This document shows, piece after piece, positions 17,704-26,390 of a stretch of DNA of 64,000 nucleotides (positions within the stretch are counted from its first letter, which is position 1; the number at the start of each line of letters is the position of its first letter). Position numbers and translations under genes: made by a program. Source of the DNA: Candidatus Hadarchaeales archaeon (GTDB taxonomy: Archaea > Hadarchaeota > Hadarchaeia > Hadarchaeales > WYZ-LMO6); assembly GCA_038851755.1 (NCBI GenBank), contig JAWCKR010000004.1:1-64000 (forward strand). Direction: 5' to 3'. A model generated the notes under the pieces. That model saw nothing but the letters and a program-made list of their open reading frames with translations. It was not told the origin of the DNA and did no database searches.

Positions 17704-18811
17704 CTCCCATCGCCCTCCTGAACCTCCTCTTAATTTCCTCTGGAGTGAGGGGTATGAGGCCCACCTCCTCATTCCCTGGTTTGACGGGAACGTGTATAAA
17801 ACAGGGACCTCTCTCTCCCAGGGCCTCTCTCAGCTCCCGGGGTGAGGAGGCCCTCCTGGTCCTGAGCCCGGCTGCCAGGGCAAGGAGTTCCAGGTCCACT
17901 TTGAGGTAAGAGTAAGTAAGCTGGTTCCCCGTGCTGCCCAGGGTGCCGTTGTCGAGGCATACCACGCGCAGGTTTTCCTTCCCCTCTGCCCCCAGTACAG
18001 GCAGAAGGCTGGAGCCCAGCACACTTCCATCGCCCTCCAGCACCACCACCCCCCTCCTCGTGGAGAGGGACATCCCCAGGCCCACCGAGGAGGCCTGGGT
18101 ATAGCTCCCCATCATGTAGAAGTTAAGGGGCCTGTCCCTCGCCTGGTAGAGCTCTCTGCTGGGGAAGCCCAGGTTCGAGACCAGTATCTCTTCCTCCTCC
18201 GCCTCTTCAGCCACCACCCTTATCGCCTCGTACCGCGTCATTTCTGGAGGGACAAAGACCTTCTCGTACCGGAGTTCCACCTTTCTCCTCCTTGGGGGAA
18301 AGGAGGGTTTAATCTCCGGTTCCCCCTCCCACAGCTTGGGGGACAGGAGGATTACCACGGGTCTCTCTTCCTCATAGGACTTCTTTATGGCCCTCCTCAG
18401 CTCCTCCAGCTCCGAGGCTTTCCTTATCCTGCAGGTCCTAATCTTCCAAGCCCTGAGGGCATCGGGGAGGTGGCGGTTGAAGGGGACCTGGGCCGGAATT
18501 TTTTCCCCGTGCACCCCTCTCCAGCTGGCCAGGATGGGGAGGGGAAGTCCGTAAGTGACGGAGAGGGAGAGGAGGGCGTTCAGGGAGTTGCCCAGGCCCG
18601 AACTCTGGATGAGGAGCGCGGGTCTCCCTCCAGCGAGATAGGACCCTCCCCCTATCCCCACGCCGTCCTCCTCCCTGTTCAGGAGGAGGGGATGAAGGGC
18701 GGGCCTGGAACAGAGGAGGTGGAGGAGGTAACGAATTTTCTCGCATGGCAGATAGGGAACGAGGTTAATCCTCTCCTCTTCCAGTATCTGCAGAATACTC
18801 TCAGCGAGCAG
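17696..18811 (-). CDS. comDE: Fused sulfopyruvate decarboxylase ComD-ComE (ThDP-dependent), probable CTG start
   Basis: LPCEKI, REEDGVGI, QSSGLGNS, SWRG..EKIPAQ, NFYMMGS, GDGS, LDNG..GSTGNQ. The conserved N-terminus extends 50 codons upstream of the ORF-track start. Confidence 0.88.
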   Translation of the reverse strand: MLAESILQILEEERINLVPYLPCEKIRYLLHLLCSRPALHPLLLNREEDGVGIGGGSYLAGGRPALLIQSSGLGNSLNALLSLSVTYGLPLPILASWRGVHGEKIPAQVPFNRHLPDALRAWKIRTCRIRKASELEELRRAIKKSYEEERPVVILLSPKLWEGEPEIKPSFPPRRRKVELRYEKVFVPPEMTRYEAIRVVAEEAEEEEILVSNLGFPSRELYQARDRPLNFYMMGSYTQASSVGLGMSLSTRRGVVVLEGDGSVLGSSLLPVLGAEGKENLRVVCLDNGTLGSTGNQLTYSYLKVDLELLALAAGLRTRRASSPRELREALGERGPCFIHVPVKPGNEEVGLIPLTPEEIKRRFRRAMGVG

Positions 18812-20075
18812 GTGGACACCACCCCTTCAGGACTTCCTTTACCTCTTCGAGTGAGGTATTTTGGTCCAGCACCAAAGAGGGCTCTAGGGGACAGAGAGAA
18901 AAATCTTCCCTAATTCTCTCGTAACCTCCCCCGCTCAAGTTGAGGAGCACCGTCTCTTCCCCTTTCACCTTTCCCTCCTCTACTGCCTGAAGGAGGGAAG
19001 CCACCGCCACGGAGGCGGCCGGGTCAAGGTCTATGCCTTCCTCTTCCAGCGTCAATTTCCAAGCCTCTAGGGCTTCCCTGTTGGAGACCCCGTACATCTC
19101 CCCCCCGCTCTCCCTCAGGGCCTCGTACACCCCCCCCTTCACGGAGTAGGGTGGTGAGCGGTTAGAGAGGATGGTTGCGTACATCTCCCTCTCCGCTTTT
19201 TCCGGAGAGGGGAGGTCGAGCTCGGGTATGATCTTGTTCCTGCCTTCCCTCCAGGCATGGAACATGGGGGCGAAGGGTAGGTTCTGGGAAAGTTGGAGCC
19301 TGGGGAGCCTTTTCCCGAAACTTCCGTCAGCCAAGAGTCTGAGGGAGGCCTCCAGCACGGCCAGGGCCCCCACCCCGCTCCCCACCGCTTGGAAATAGTG
19401 GTCTGGGAGCCTCCCCATCTCGAGCACAGCGCCGAGGAAGAGGGTGCCTATCCCGTCCCTCCTCCCCACGTTTCTGGCCCCTCCCTCCGCCACTGTACCT
19501 TCCAGCTTGGAGATCCTCTCCGCCCACTGGATGGCAGCCTGGTATCCCCCCTCTGCCCCAAGTAGCAGGAAGTGGGAAGGTTTTTCTCCCGGCACCCACA
19601 TCCTGGACAGATACGGGCGGGGGACCACTGCCACCACTCGGACGGAGGCCTCCTCCGAGAGGAGAGCAAAGGCTCTCGCCGTGTTACCCGCAGAGGCCAG
19701 TACCAGGATTTCCCTGCTCCTCTCCCTTGTCCTGGCCAGTACAGAGGAGGCCTCCAGCTCCTTGAAGGAGCAGCTCTTGAGCCTTCCCCCCCGTTCGGGC
19801 CAGTAACCGCTGAAGCTTATGTAGAGATCTCTGAGCCCCAGCGTTTTGGCCAGCCCCTCGCTCCGGTAGGTGAGGGCCTCTCCCTCTGTGGGCAGTGGGG
19901 AAGCACAGGGGAGCCATTCCAGGAACCTCCACATGCCTGGAAAGTTCCCCACCCTCAGTTTCCTCTCCCGATACTCGCTCCGGAGGAGGGCGTCATGTCC
20001 GCGGGGGCACTTGTTCTGAAGGCGATCTTCCATTGTGAGGCCGCACTCTAGACAGACGAGGGTGTGGTCCCCCAC
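18801..20075 (-). CDS. Cysteate synthase (threonine synthase-like PLP enzyme)
   Basis: SGYWPERGG...SFKELEA, ASAGNTARAF, EGGARNVGRRDG, YFQAVGSG, LSNRSPPY; adjacent to comDE. Confidence 0.9.
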   Translation of the reverse strand: MGDHTLVCLECGLTMEDRLQNKCPRGHDALLRSEYRERKLRVGNFPGMWRFLEWLPCASPLPTEGEALTYRSEGLAKTLGLRDLYISFSGYWPERGGRLKSCSFKELEASSVLARTRERSREILVLASAGNTARAFALLSEEASVRVVAVVPRPYLSRMWVPGEKPSHFLLLGAEGGYQAAIQWAERISKLEGTVAEGGARNVGRRDGIGTLFLGAVLEMGRLPDHYFQAVGSGVGALAVLEASLRLLADGSFGKRLPRLQLSQNLPFAPMFHAWREGRNKIIPELDLPSPEKAEREMYATILSNRSPPYSVKGGVYEALRESGGEMYGVSNREALEAWKLTLEEEGIDLDPAASVAVASLLQAVEEGKVKGEETVLLNLSGGGYERIREDFSLCPLEPSLVLDQNTSLEEVKEVLKGWCPPAR

Positions 20076-20078
20076 GCT

Positions 20079-21329
20079 TCATCCCCCCAGCGGCTGCAGG
20101 GGTTCGGAGAGCAGGAAACCTCCTTCCAGGATTTTCTTCTTGAGAAGCTCCGCCAGCTCCCTGGCTTTCCTCCTGCAGGATTGTCGGAGGGTGATGGGTA
20201 CCTCCCTACCTCCCACAGGCAGCGTTCCCAGTCTCCCACGGAAGGAGGAGGGACAGAGTTGTATGCAGGTCCCGCAGTCGAAGCACCTCTCCGGATCGAT
20301 TCCCACCCCTTTCCTGAAAGCGCCGGTGGGACATTTCTTCTCCACAGGGCAGGCTTTGTGTCCGGCGCAGGAGGATGGCAGGTACTCCACCTTCAGGTCG
20401 GTCCCCTTCCAGACCCTGGAGTAGCGGGTGCGCTCGAAGGGTATCCTGTCCCTTACGTCGGCGAGGGGGAGTTCTACCTCTTCGTCCCTCACCCGTAACT
20501 CCTCGAAGACCTCCCTGTCGAGGACGGGAATGGCCATGGCCACGGAGGTGATGCACTCAGGCCCGACCGAGGTGACAAAACCACCCATGAATCTAGGGAT
20601 CATTCCCTTCATGTCCGCCACCAGCGAGAGATTGGGTTTTTCTCTGGAGAAGCGTGTTCCCACCCCTATCACGTACCCGGGAGCCCCGTTGAGGAGAACC
20701 CTCGTTCCGGTCCCTATCGTCAGGAGCTTGGGATCGTTCTCCAGGGGGTTGAGTTCCCCGCACCCGCAGACGGAGGCCTCGGCCAGCCTGCCCCTGAGGC
20801 CCAGTACGGAGAAGATAGTCCTCATCCTCCCCCTCCCCCTGTGGACGAAGGCCATGTAGTTCCTGAAGGCGCTGCGGCTGGTGAAGATCCTTGCCAGCTC
20901 CATCTCCTCTAGCCTCACCTCTCTCCTGAACTTTTTTCCCCCGCCCCTTACCTCCACCTCCACTTCCCTCCCTTCCACCATTTCCCTGAAGAGGTGTCCT
21001 CCACCGTAGTTCCTGGGGGAAAGCTCGGAGCTTGAGGTGCCGTAGACTATGGCTTCCACCATCCCCAGTCGCTCGTTGGGACAGGGACCAGGGAAGGCCG
21101 GGACTCCGTTGAGCCAGACTTCCTCGGCCCTCTTGAACCTTCCCCTCTCAGCGACCGGGATGGAAAGGAGGGCGAAGGTGCCGGACATGAGGGCGCAGGT
21201 AGCGCAGGTGACTACATCCACCTCCTCAGGAGAAAGCCCGCTTTCAGCCGCCTCCTTGAACTCCTCAGCCGTCATAACCACGGCTTTTCCCTCTCTTATC
21301 CTGCGGTTGATCTCCTCCACCGTTTTCAT
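20079..21329 (-). CDS. Methanogenesis marker 16 metalloprotein (ComF-like, proposed CoM synthase) with C-terminal ferredoxin domain
   Basis: EIN.RI..G.AVVMTAEE, VDVVT, LNGVPAFPGPCPNERLG, YGGGHLFR, GCGELNPLENDP, C-terminal CxxCxxCxxxCP; first gene of the operon. Confidence 0.85.
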   Translation of the reverse strand: MKTVEEINRRIREGKAVVMTAEEFKEAAESGLSPEEVDVVTCATCALMSGTFALLSIPVAERGRFKRAEEVWLNGVPAFPGPCPNERLGMVEAIVYGTSSSELSPRNYGGGHLFREMVEGREVEVEVRGGGKKFRREVRLEEMELARIFTSRSAFRNYMAFVHRGRGRMRTIFSVLGLRGRLAEASVCGCGELNPLENDPKLLTIGTGTRVLLNGAPGYVIGVGTRFSREKPNLSLVADMKGMIPRFMGGFVTSVGPECITSVAMAIPVLDREVFEELRVRDEEVELPLADVRDRIPFERTRYSRVWKGTDLKVEYLPSSCAGHKACPVEKKCPTGAFRKGVGIDPERCFDCGTCIQLCPSSFRGRLGTLPVGGREVPITLRQSCRRKARELAELLKKKILEGGFLLSEPLQPLGG

Positions 21330-21411
21330 CGACTCTCCTTCACCCTCCGTTATAAAAAAGTGGGGACAGCGCTTTATTTTAGTGAAAGAAAAGGGGGAAA
21401 TACAGGGAAGA

Positions 21412-21429
21412 TTTTCCTTATAAGGAAAA
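21412..21429. promoter_or_regulatory. Perfect 18-bp palindrome TTTTCCTTATAAGGAAAA in the divergent intergenic region; candidate operator
   Basis: Identical to its reverse complement; lies between TATA-like boxes at ~21349-21358 (minus) and ~21441-21448 (plus). Confidence 0.6.
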
Positions 21430-21470
21430 CCATATCGACATTTTAAAAACAAAGAAGTTAAACCCTCAAG

Positions 21471-22892
21471 ATGGACGAGGAGCCGCTGGACCCCAGGCTG
21501 CCGAAATACCTTTCCTGCATGCAGTGTGGTTCATGCGCTTCCTCCTGCCCGGCCGTTTACGCCTACCACCAGGGTTTACTGGGTGAGGAGTTCAACCCCA
21601 TGAAGCTGGTGGGCCTCATGAGGCTCCACTCTTCCCCTGACGGCTTTCCCGTAGACAAGTGCTTTCACTGCTACACCTGCAAGTGGACCTGCAGGGCGGG
21701 CAACAGCGTCTCGGACCTCGTCAAGGTGCTGAGGGAGAGAAAGAGGGGGGTGTGCCAGGGCTCCCTTTACCGCTCCCTCTACGAGAAGGGACTGTGTCTG
21801 ACACCAGAAAGCTTCCGGTCCGGGGGATGGGAGGACTGGAGGGGCTTCGACAGAGTGCTGGAAGAAATGCCCCGCGTTCGCAGGGAGCTCGGTCTGGAGG
21901 GCCTCTACAGGAAGATACCTGAAGAGGCTCTTCAGCAGGTCCAGAGGCTCTTGGAGGTGAGCCCCTCTCTGAAGTTGAACGGGAAGAGATATGAAGGGGA
22001 GTGTAAAAGGCCCAATCCTCCAGGGGGGATCTATCTCTTCAAGAGCTGCGTGATGGACTCCCACTATCCAGGCGTCACTCTCTCCCTGAAGTATCTCCTG
22101 GAGAGGCTTAACGTGAGTTACCTGGACGACGAGAGGCAGTCCAGTTGTGGTGGTTTCGGTTACTACGCTGACGAGGTTTCCTTTCCCGCTCTCTTGGTTC
22201 TGAACGCTAGGAACTTCGCCCTAGCGGAGGAAGGGGGTTTCGGAAAGGTGGCTACGGTGTGCGTGACCTCCTACGGCATCCTCACCGAGTGCTGGGAACT
22301 CTTGGGCGGGAAACTGGGGGGAGAAGTGAACGAGCTGCTCAAGGGAATGGGAATGAGGTACAGGGGGAAAGTGGGGGTTTATCACCTCTCGGAGATCCTG
22401 CATGCGTTCAGGGGAAAGCTCCGGTCTCTGGTCAGTCACGGCCTCTCGGGCCTCCGGGTTGCCGTCCATCACGGTTGTCATTACACTAAGATGTTCAGGG
22501 AATACGCGACACCTAACTTGCTGGAAGAACTGGTGGCGGTGACGGGTGCAGAGGTGGTTGACTACGAGGAGAAGAACCTCTGCTGTGGTATGGGGTTCAG
22601 GCACACGTTGGAGAATAGAGAGCTGGTGAGATCCGTGGCTCTGAGGAAGTTGAGGGCCCTTAAAAACTCAGGGGCGAGGATAGTGGTGCACGCCTGTCCT
22701 GGCTGCCAGATGACGCTGGACAGGAACCAGAAGTACCTGGAAGAGAGGACGGGGGAGGAATTCGGGATGGTGCATATGAACTATGGGCAGCTCCTGGCCC
22801 TCTCTCTCGGCGCAGACCCCTGGAGGGTGGTGGGCATCCAGACCCACTCAGTTTCGCCCCAGCCTCTCCTGGAGGAACTCCGCCTGGCCTGA
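21471..22892 (+). CDS. Fused heterodisulfide reductase-like HdrC-HdrB protein
   Basis: N-terminal CMQCGSCASSCP and CFHCYTCKWTC; CCG-domain motifs KSC, SSCGG, CVTS, HHGCH, LCCG, CPGC. Confidence 0.85.
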   Translation: MDEEPLDPRLPKYLSCMQCGSCASSCPAVYAYHQGLLGEEFNPMKLVGLMRLHSSPDGFPVDKCFHCYTCKWTCRAGNSVSDLVKVLRERKRGVCQGSLYRSLYEKGLCLTPESFRSGGWEDWRGFDRVLEEMPRVRRELGLEGLYRKIPEEALQQVQRLLEVSPSLKLNGKRYEGECKRPNPPGGIYLFKSCVMDSHYPGVTLSLKYLLERLNVSYLDDERQSSCGGFGYYADEVSFPALLVLNARNFALAEEGGFGKVATVCVTSYGILTECWELLGGKLGGEVNELLKGMGMRYRGKVGVYHLSEILHAFRGKLRSLVSHGLSGLRVAVHHGCHYTKMFREYATPNLLEELVAVTGAEVVDYEEKNLCCGMGFRHTLENRELVRSVALRKLRALKNSGARIVVHACPGCQMTLDRNQKYLEERTGEEFGMVHMNYGQLLALSLGADPWRVVGIQTHSVSPQPLLEELRLA

Positions 22893-22917
22893 AGGTGTCC
22901 CAAGCATCTCCACCAGC

Positions 22918-23664
22918 CTACCTGAGCCTTTTGGGGATCTGGCCGGGGTGGTAGGAGAGGAGGGGACGGATTCCGGCCCTCTTCAGTCTCTCCTCCACGT
23001 GGGGGTAGAGGAAAACGTATTCCTCTTCCAGGTTCCTTGAGAGGGAGGGATCCAGCTCCTCCAGCCTGCGCTTCAGGTTCACCAGGGCCTCTCTGGGACT
23101 GAAGGAGAGCATCACGGCAGGATGGCAGGTCACCCCCTGGTCCAGCAGGTTCTTCAGGGCCGTCAGGGCCAGCTCGAAGGCCTCGGGCCTGGCCCCCGTG
23201 AGGCGGGAGAACTCCTGGGGATTGGTCCCCTTGAGGGAGACCCTGACGTGGAGGTTCTTGAACTCGGAGAGGTCCCTGGCGTACCTCTCGTCGATGAGCA
23301 TGCCGTTGGTCTCTAGGATGAAGGTGTAGGGGCTCTTCTCCACCAGCTCCAGCAGGCGGAGGAGGTGCTTCTTACCTATGGTGGGCTCGTTCCCGCTCAC
23401 CCTGAGCTTCTGGTACTGGAAACGCTTGGCGCAGGCCTGCAGCTCCCTGAAGACCTCCTCCGGGGAGTAGAACCTGCCCGTGGAGGGGTTATCCCTTGGG
23501 GCACCGCTCCAGCAGAACACGCACTTCAGGCAGCACCCCGAGCAGTCCGCGGTGGCGATGCCCCCGTACCAGTCCCCGGGCCTGGGAATCCTGTAGTACC
23601 TCCTCTTCTCCCCGTCCACCACCACCTTTTCCAGTTCCTGGGCCAGCTGGAGGGGGTCGTACAC
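22918..23664 (-). CDS. Radical SAM protein
   Basis: CCLKCVFCW (CxxxCxxC), SGNEP, LETNG. Confidence 0.88.
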   Translation of the reverse strand: MYDPLQLAQELEKVVVDGEKRRYYRIPRPGDWYGGIATADCSGCCLKCVFCWSGAPRDNPSTGRFYSPEEVFRELQACAKRFQYQKLRVSGNEPTIGKKHLLRLLELVEKSPYTFILETNGMLIDERYARDLSEFKNLHVRVSLKGTNPQEFSRLTGARPEAFELALTALKNLLDQGVTCHPAVMLSFSPREALVNLKRRLEELDPSLSRNLEEEYVFLYPHVEERLKRAGIRPLLSYHPGQIPKRLR

Positions 23665-23686
23665 CGTATAACCTACTCAGGGGGGG

Positions 23687-24265
23687 TTAAGGCTGGCGGT
23701 CCCCCCATCTTGGGGGAGCAACCGGTTCCCCCGTCTTTCGCCATCTACCCACTCCCCCCGCTACCTCCACCAGTGGGCTCTTCCCAGTTTCGGCAAGATA
23801 GGACCTCCATCCCCCCCTCCTGATTACTTCCTGTAAGTCCTTTCCCACCGCAGAGTGAAATCCCTCTATCTTCACCTTGGCGGGATTGGACACGTACACG
23901 TAACACTCCCTTCCGTCCTGAGTGCGGAACTCGAACTTCTCATAGAGATCCGGGACCCCTTCGTACTCGTCCAGACGTTTCAAAACCTCCTCCTTCGAGG
24001 AGCACTCTATCTCCAACAGCTTTCCCCAGGTGGCTCCGCCCTTGAAAGGGAAGAGCGTGTCGTACCTTCCTCTCGCCCCGTGCCTCAGCAGGATGAAGTC
24101 CAAGATGCGGGCATCCTGATACCGGAACCTAGCTGCTAGACCCCTCAACCTGGAGGAGACCGTCTGTGGATCGGTCAGGTTGCCATATACGAAAAAGAGT
24201 ACCCTCTCCTTTCCTTCCGCGGGTTTTCCGCATGTTTGGACGTTGTTTCCTACCACAGGTTTCAC
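23687..24265 (-). CDS. Gamma-glutamylcyclotransferase (AIG2-like) family protein
   Basis: FFVYGNL, LDEYEG..YE, YVY; start overlaps the topA stop. Confidence 0.7.
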   Translation of the reverse strand: MKPVVGNNVQTCGKPAEGKERVLFFVYGNLTDPQTVSSRLRGLAARFRYQDARILDFILLRHGARGRYDTLFPFKGGATWGKLLEIECSSKEEVLKRLDEYEGVPDLYEKFEFRTQDGRECYVYVSNPAKVKIEGFHSAVGKDLQEVIRRGGWRSYLAETGKSPLVEVAGGVGRWRKTGEPVAPPRWGDRQP

Positions 24266-26346
24266 CTTTGCTGGCGAGAATTCGTTTCAGTTTCCCTCCT
24301 CCCCCATCCCTCCTTGGTCGGGCAGCTTGGCTCCAGGCACATCCTGTACGGCCTCCTCCCGGGCCTCCTCACCTGGATGAGAGGGGTGCCGCACTGCGGG
24401 CAGGTCTTTCCTAGGGCCAGGATGACCCCCGAGGAGGGGAGGGGATAGGTCACCCTGCACCCCTTCTCGAAGTTGGAGCACCCCGCGAAGCGCTTCCCGT
24501 TTCTGGTCAGGATCACCCTGAGCTCCCCCCCGCACCTGCACCTCCCCAGCGTCCTCTGCGCCAGCCTGGTCCTCCTGTACCTTTCCGCCAGCTTCTCCCC
24601 TATCTCCGCCTCCCTCTCCCTGAACTTCCTCAGGATCTCCTCCAGCTTGATCCTGGCCCTCTCCACCACCTCTTCTTTCCTCACCCTTCCCTCCTGGATG
24701 GCGTCCATCTCCCTCTCGAAGGAGGCGGTGAGCTCCTCGCTCACGATCTCGGGGCAGTGCTCCCTCAGGGCTTCCACCACGCCCATCCCCAGCTCCGTCA
24801 CGGTGATCCTCTCCCCGTAGATGTAGCCCCTCTCGTAGAGGTTCTGCAGGATGGCGGCCCTGGTGGCCTTGGTCCCCAGTCCCCTCTCGGCCATCTCCCT
24901 CACGATGGAGGCGGGGTTGTACCTGGGCGGGGGCTGGGTCTCCCCCCTCTCCAGCCTCACCTCTTTCACCCTCAGTTTTTGCCCCTCCTCCAGGGGAGGG
25001 AGGGGAACCTCCTCCGCCTCCGCGTACCTCCCGTACAGGTCCAGCCATCCCCTCTCCACCACTCTCCTGCCCGAGAGGTGGAAGCCCTGGTCCCCGCACA
25101 CCAGCTCCACCCTGGTCCCCTCCATCACCACCGGGTCCCCGAAGACGGCCAGGAACCTGCGCACGATCAGGTCGAAGAGGTTTCGCTGGGGCCCTGTGAG
25201 TTCCTCGGGTTTCTCACCCGTGGGATAGATGGAGGGGTGAGCGGGGTCGGTCTTTTCACCCTCTCTCGGTTTCAGCTCCCCCTTAGCGAGCAGGCTATTC
25301 ACCGCTTTCCGGTACTCCCCCACCTCTCCCAGCCTTTTAAGGACCCCCCTGTACCCGATGGTGGGGGGAAGCTTCTGGGAGCTGGTGCGGGGATAGCTGA
25401 TCAGCCCCGCCAGGTAGAGGTCCTGGGCAAGCTGCTGGGTGCGCAGGGGGGTGTAGCCGAAGCAGCGGTAGGCCTCCGCCTGCAGGGTCCCCAGGTCAAA
25501 GGGAATGGGGGGGAGGCGGCGGTACTGTCTCACCTCCACTCCCTTCACCACGGCCTCCTCCCCGCAGGCCTCCTTTGCCCTCTGGGCCTCTCCCTCCTCC
25601 CAGAACTTCTCCACCTCGTGCTCCGCCACCAGCTCCTTCCCCTCCGCCTCCACCACCAGCTTCAGGGACCAGAAGGGCCTGGGCACGAACCTCCCGATCT
25701 CCTCCTCCCTCTCTGCCAGGATCTTCAGGGTGGGGGTCTGCACCCTCCCCGCCGAGAGCTTGGCGAAGGAGCCCGTCACCCTCTGCACCGAGGAACTCAG
25801 GGCCTTGCTCACGTTCATCCCCCAGTACCAGTCCAGCACGTGCCTGGCAATCCCCGCGTCCACCTGCTCGAAGTCCAGCCTGGGCAGAAGGTTCCTGTAG
25901 GCCTCCCTGAGTTCCCCTGCGGTGAGGGTGGAGAACTTCATGCGCCTGGCCCTCTTCACCGCCTCTTCCCCGCACAGGAACTTGAGCACCGTCCACCCTA
26001 TGACGCTGCCCTCCACGTCGAAGTCCGTGGCCACCACGTACTCCGAGCTCCCCTGCGCCAGCTCCCTTATCGCCTCCAGGAAGGCCTTAGTTCGGGCTGC
26101 CCTCTTGTCCACCAGATAGGAGGGGACCCACTCCACGTCGAAGACCGGGTAGTCCCTCAGGGGTCTGGTGTTCTTGAGGGTGAAGAGGTGTCCCAGGGAG
26201 GGAACCACCACCGCCTCTCTCCCGTCTAGTTCCAGCTCGTAGTAGGGCACCCCCTTCTTCTCCCCCCTCCTGACTTTTCCCCCTCCCAGCGCGGAGGCGA
26301 TTTTGGAGGCGGCATCGGGCTTCTCGCACAGGATGAGGGTCTTCAC
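24262..26346 (-). CDS. topA: DNA topoisomerase I (type IA)
   Basis: EKP, GHL, DFDVEG, SAGRVQTP, ISYPRT, GLGT.ATR, C-terminal Zn ribbons. Confidence 0.96.
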   Translation of the reverse strand: MKTLILCEKPDAASKIASALGGGKVRRGEKKGVPYYELELDGREAVVVPSLGHLFTLKNTRPLRDYPVFDVEWVPSYLVDKRAARTKAFLEAIRELAQGSSEYVVATDFDVEGSVIGWTVLKFLCGEEAVKRARRMKFSTLTAGELREAYRNLLPRLDFEQVDAGIARHVLDWYWGMNVSKALSSSVQRVTGSFAKLSAGRVQTPTLKILAEREEEIGRFVPRPFWSLKLVVEAEGKELVAEHEVEKFWEEGEAQRAKEACGEEAVVKGVEVRQYRRLPPIPFDLGTLQAEAYRCFGYTPLRTQQLAQDLYLAGLISYPRTSSQKLPPTIGYRGVLKRLGEVGEYRKAVNSLLAKGELKPREGEKTDPAHPSIYPTGEKPEELTGPQRNLFDLIVRRFLAVFGDPVVMEGTRVELVCGDQGFHLSGRRVVERGWLDLYGRYAEAEEVPLPPLEEGQKLRVKEVRLERGETQPPPRYNPASIVREMAERGLGTKATRAAILQNLYERGYIYGERITVTELGMGVVEALREHCPEIVSEELTASFEREMDAIQEGRVRKEEVVERARIKLEEILRKFREREAEIGEKLAERYRRTRLAQRTLGRCRCGGELRVILTRNGKRFAGCSNFEKGCRVTYPLPSSGVILALGKTCPQCGTPLIQVRRPGRRPYRMCLEPSCPTKEGWGRRETETNSRQQR

Positions 26347-26390
26347 GGGCTTCCCGGCAATCTTTTTGCGGGAGGATGTGATATAAGCAG

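Noticed and set aside
18662-18811. comDE as a truncated pseudogene
   Set aside because: The N-terminal coding sequence is intact and in frame; a CTG start explains it.
20079-21329. Call as homocysteine-synthesis MA1821 orthologue
   Set aside because: GPCPNERLG, the C-terminal ferredoxin and the com context fit the marker 16 paralogue better.
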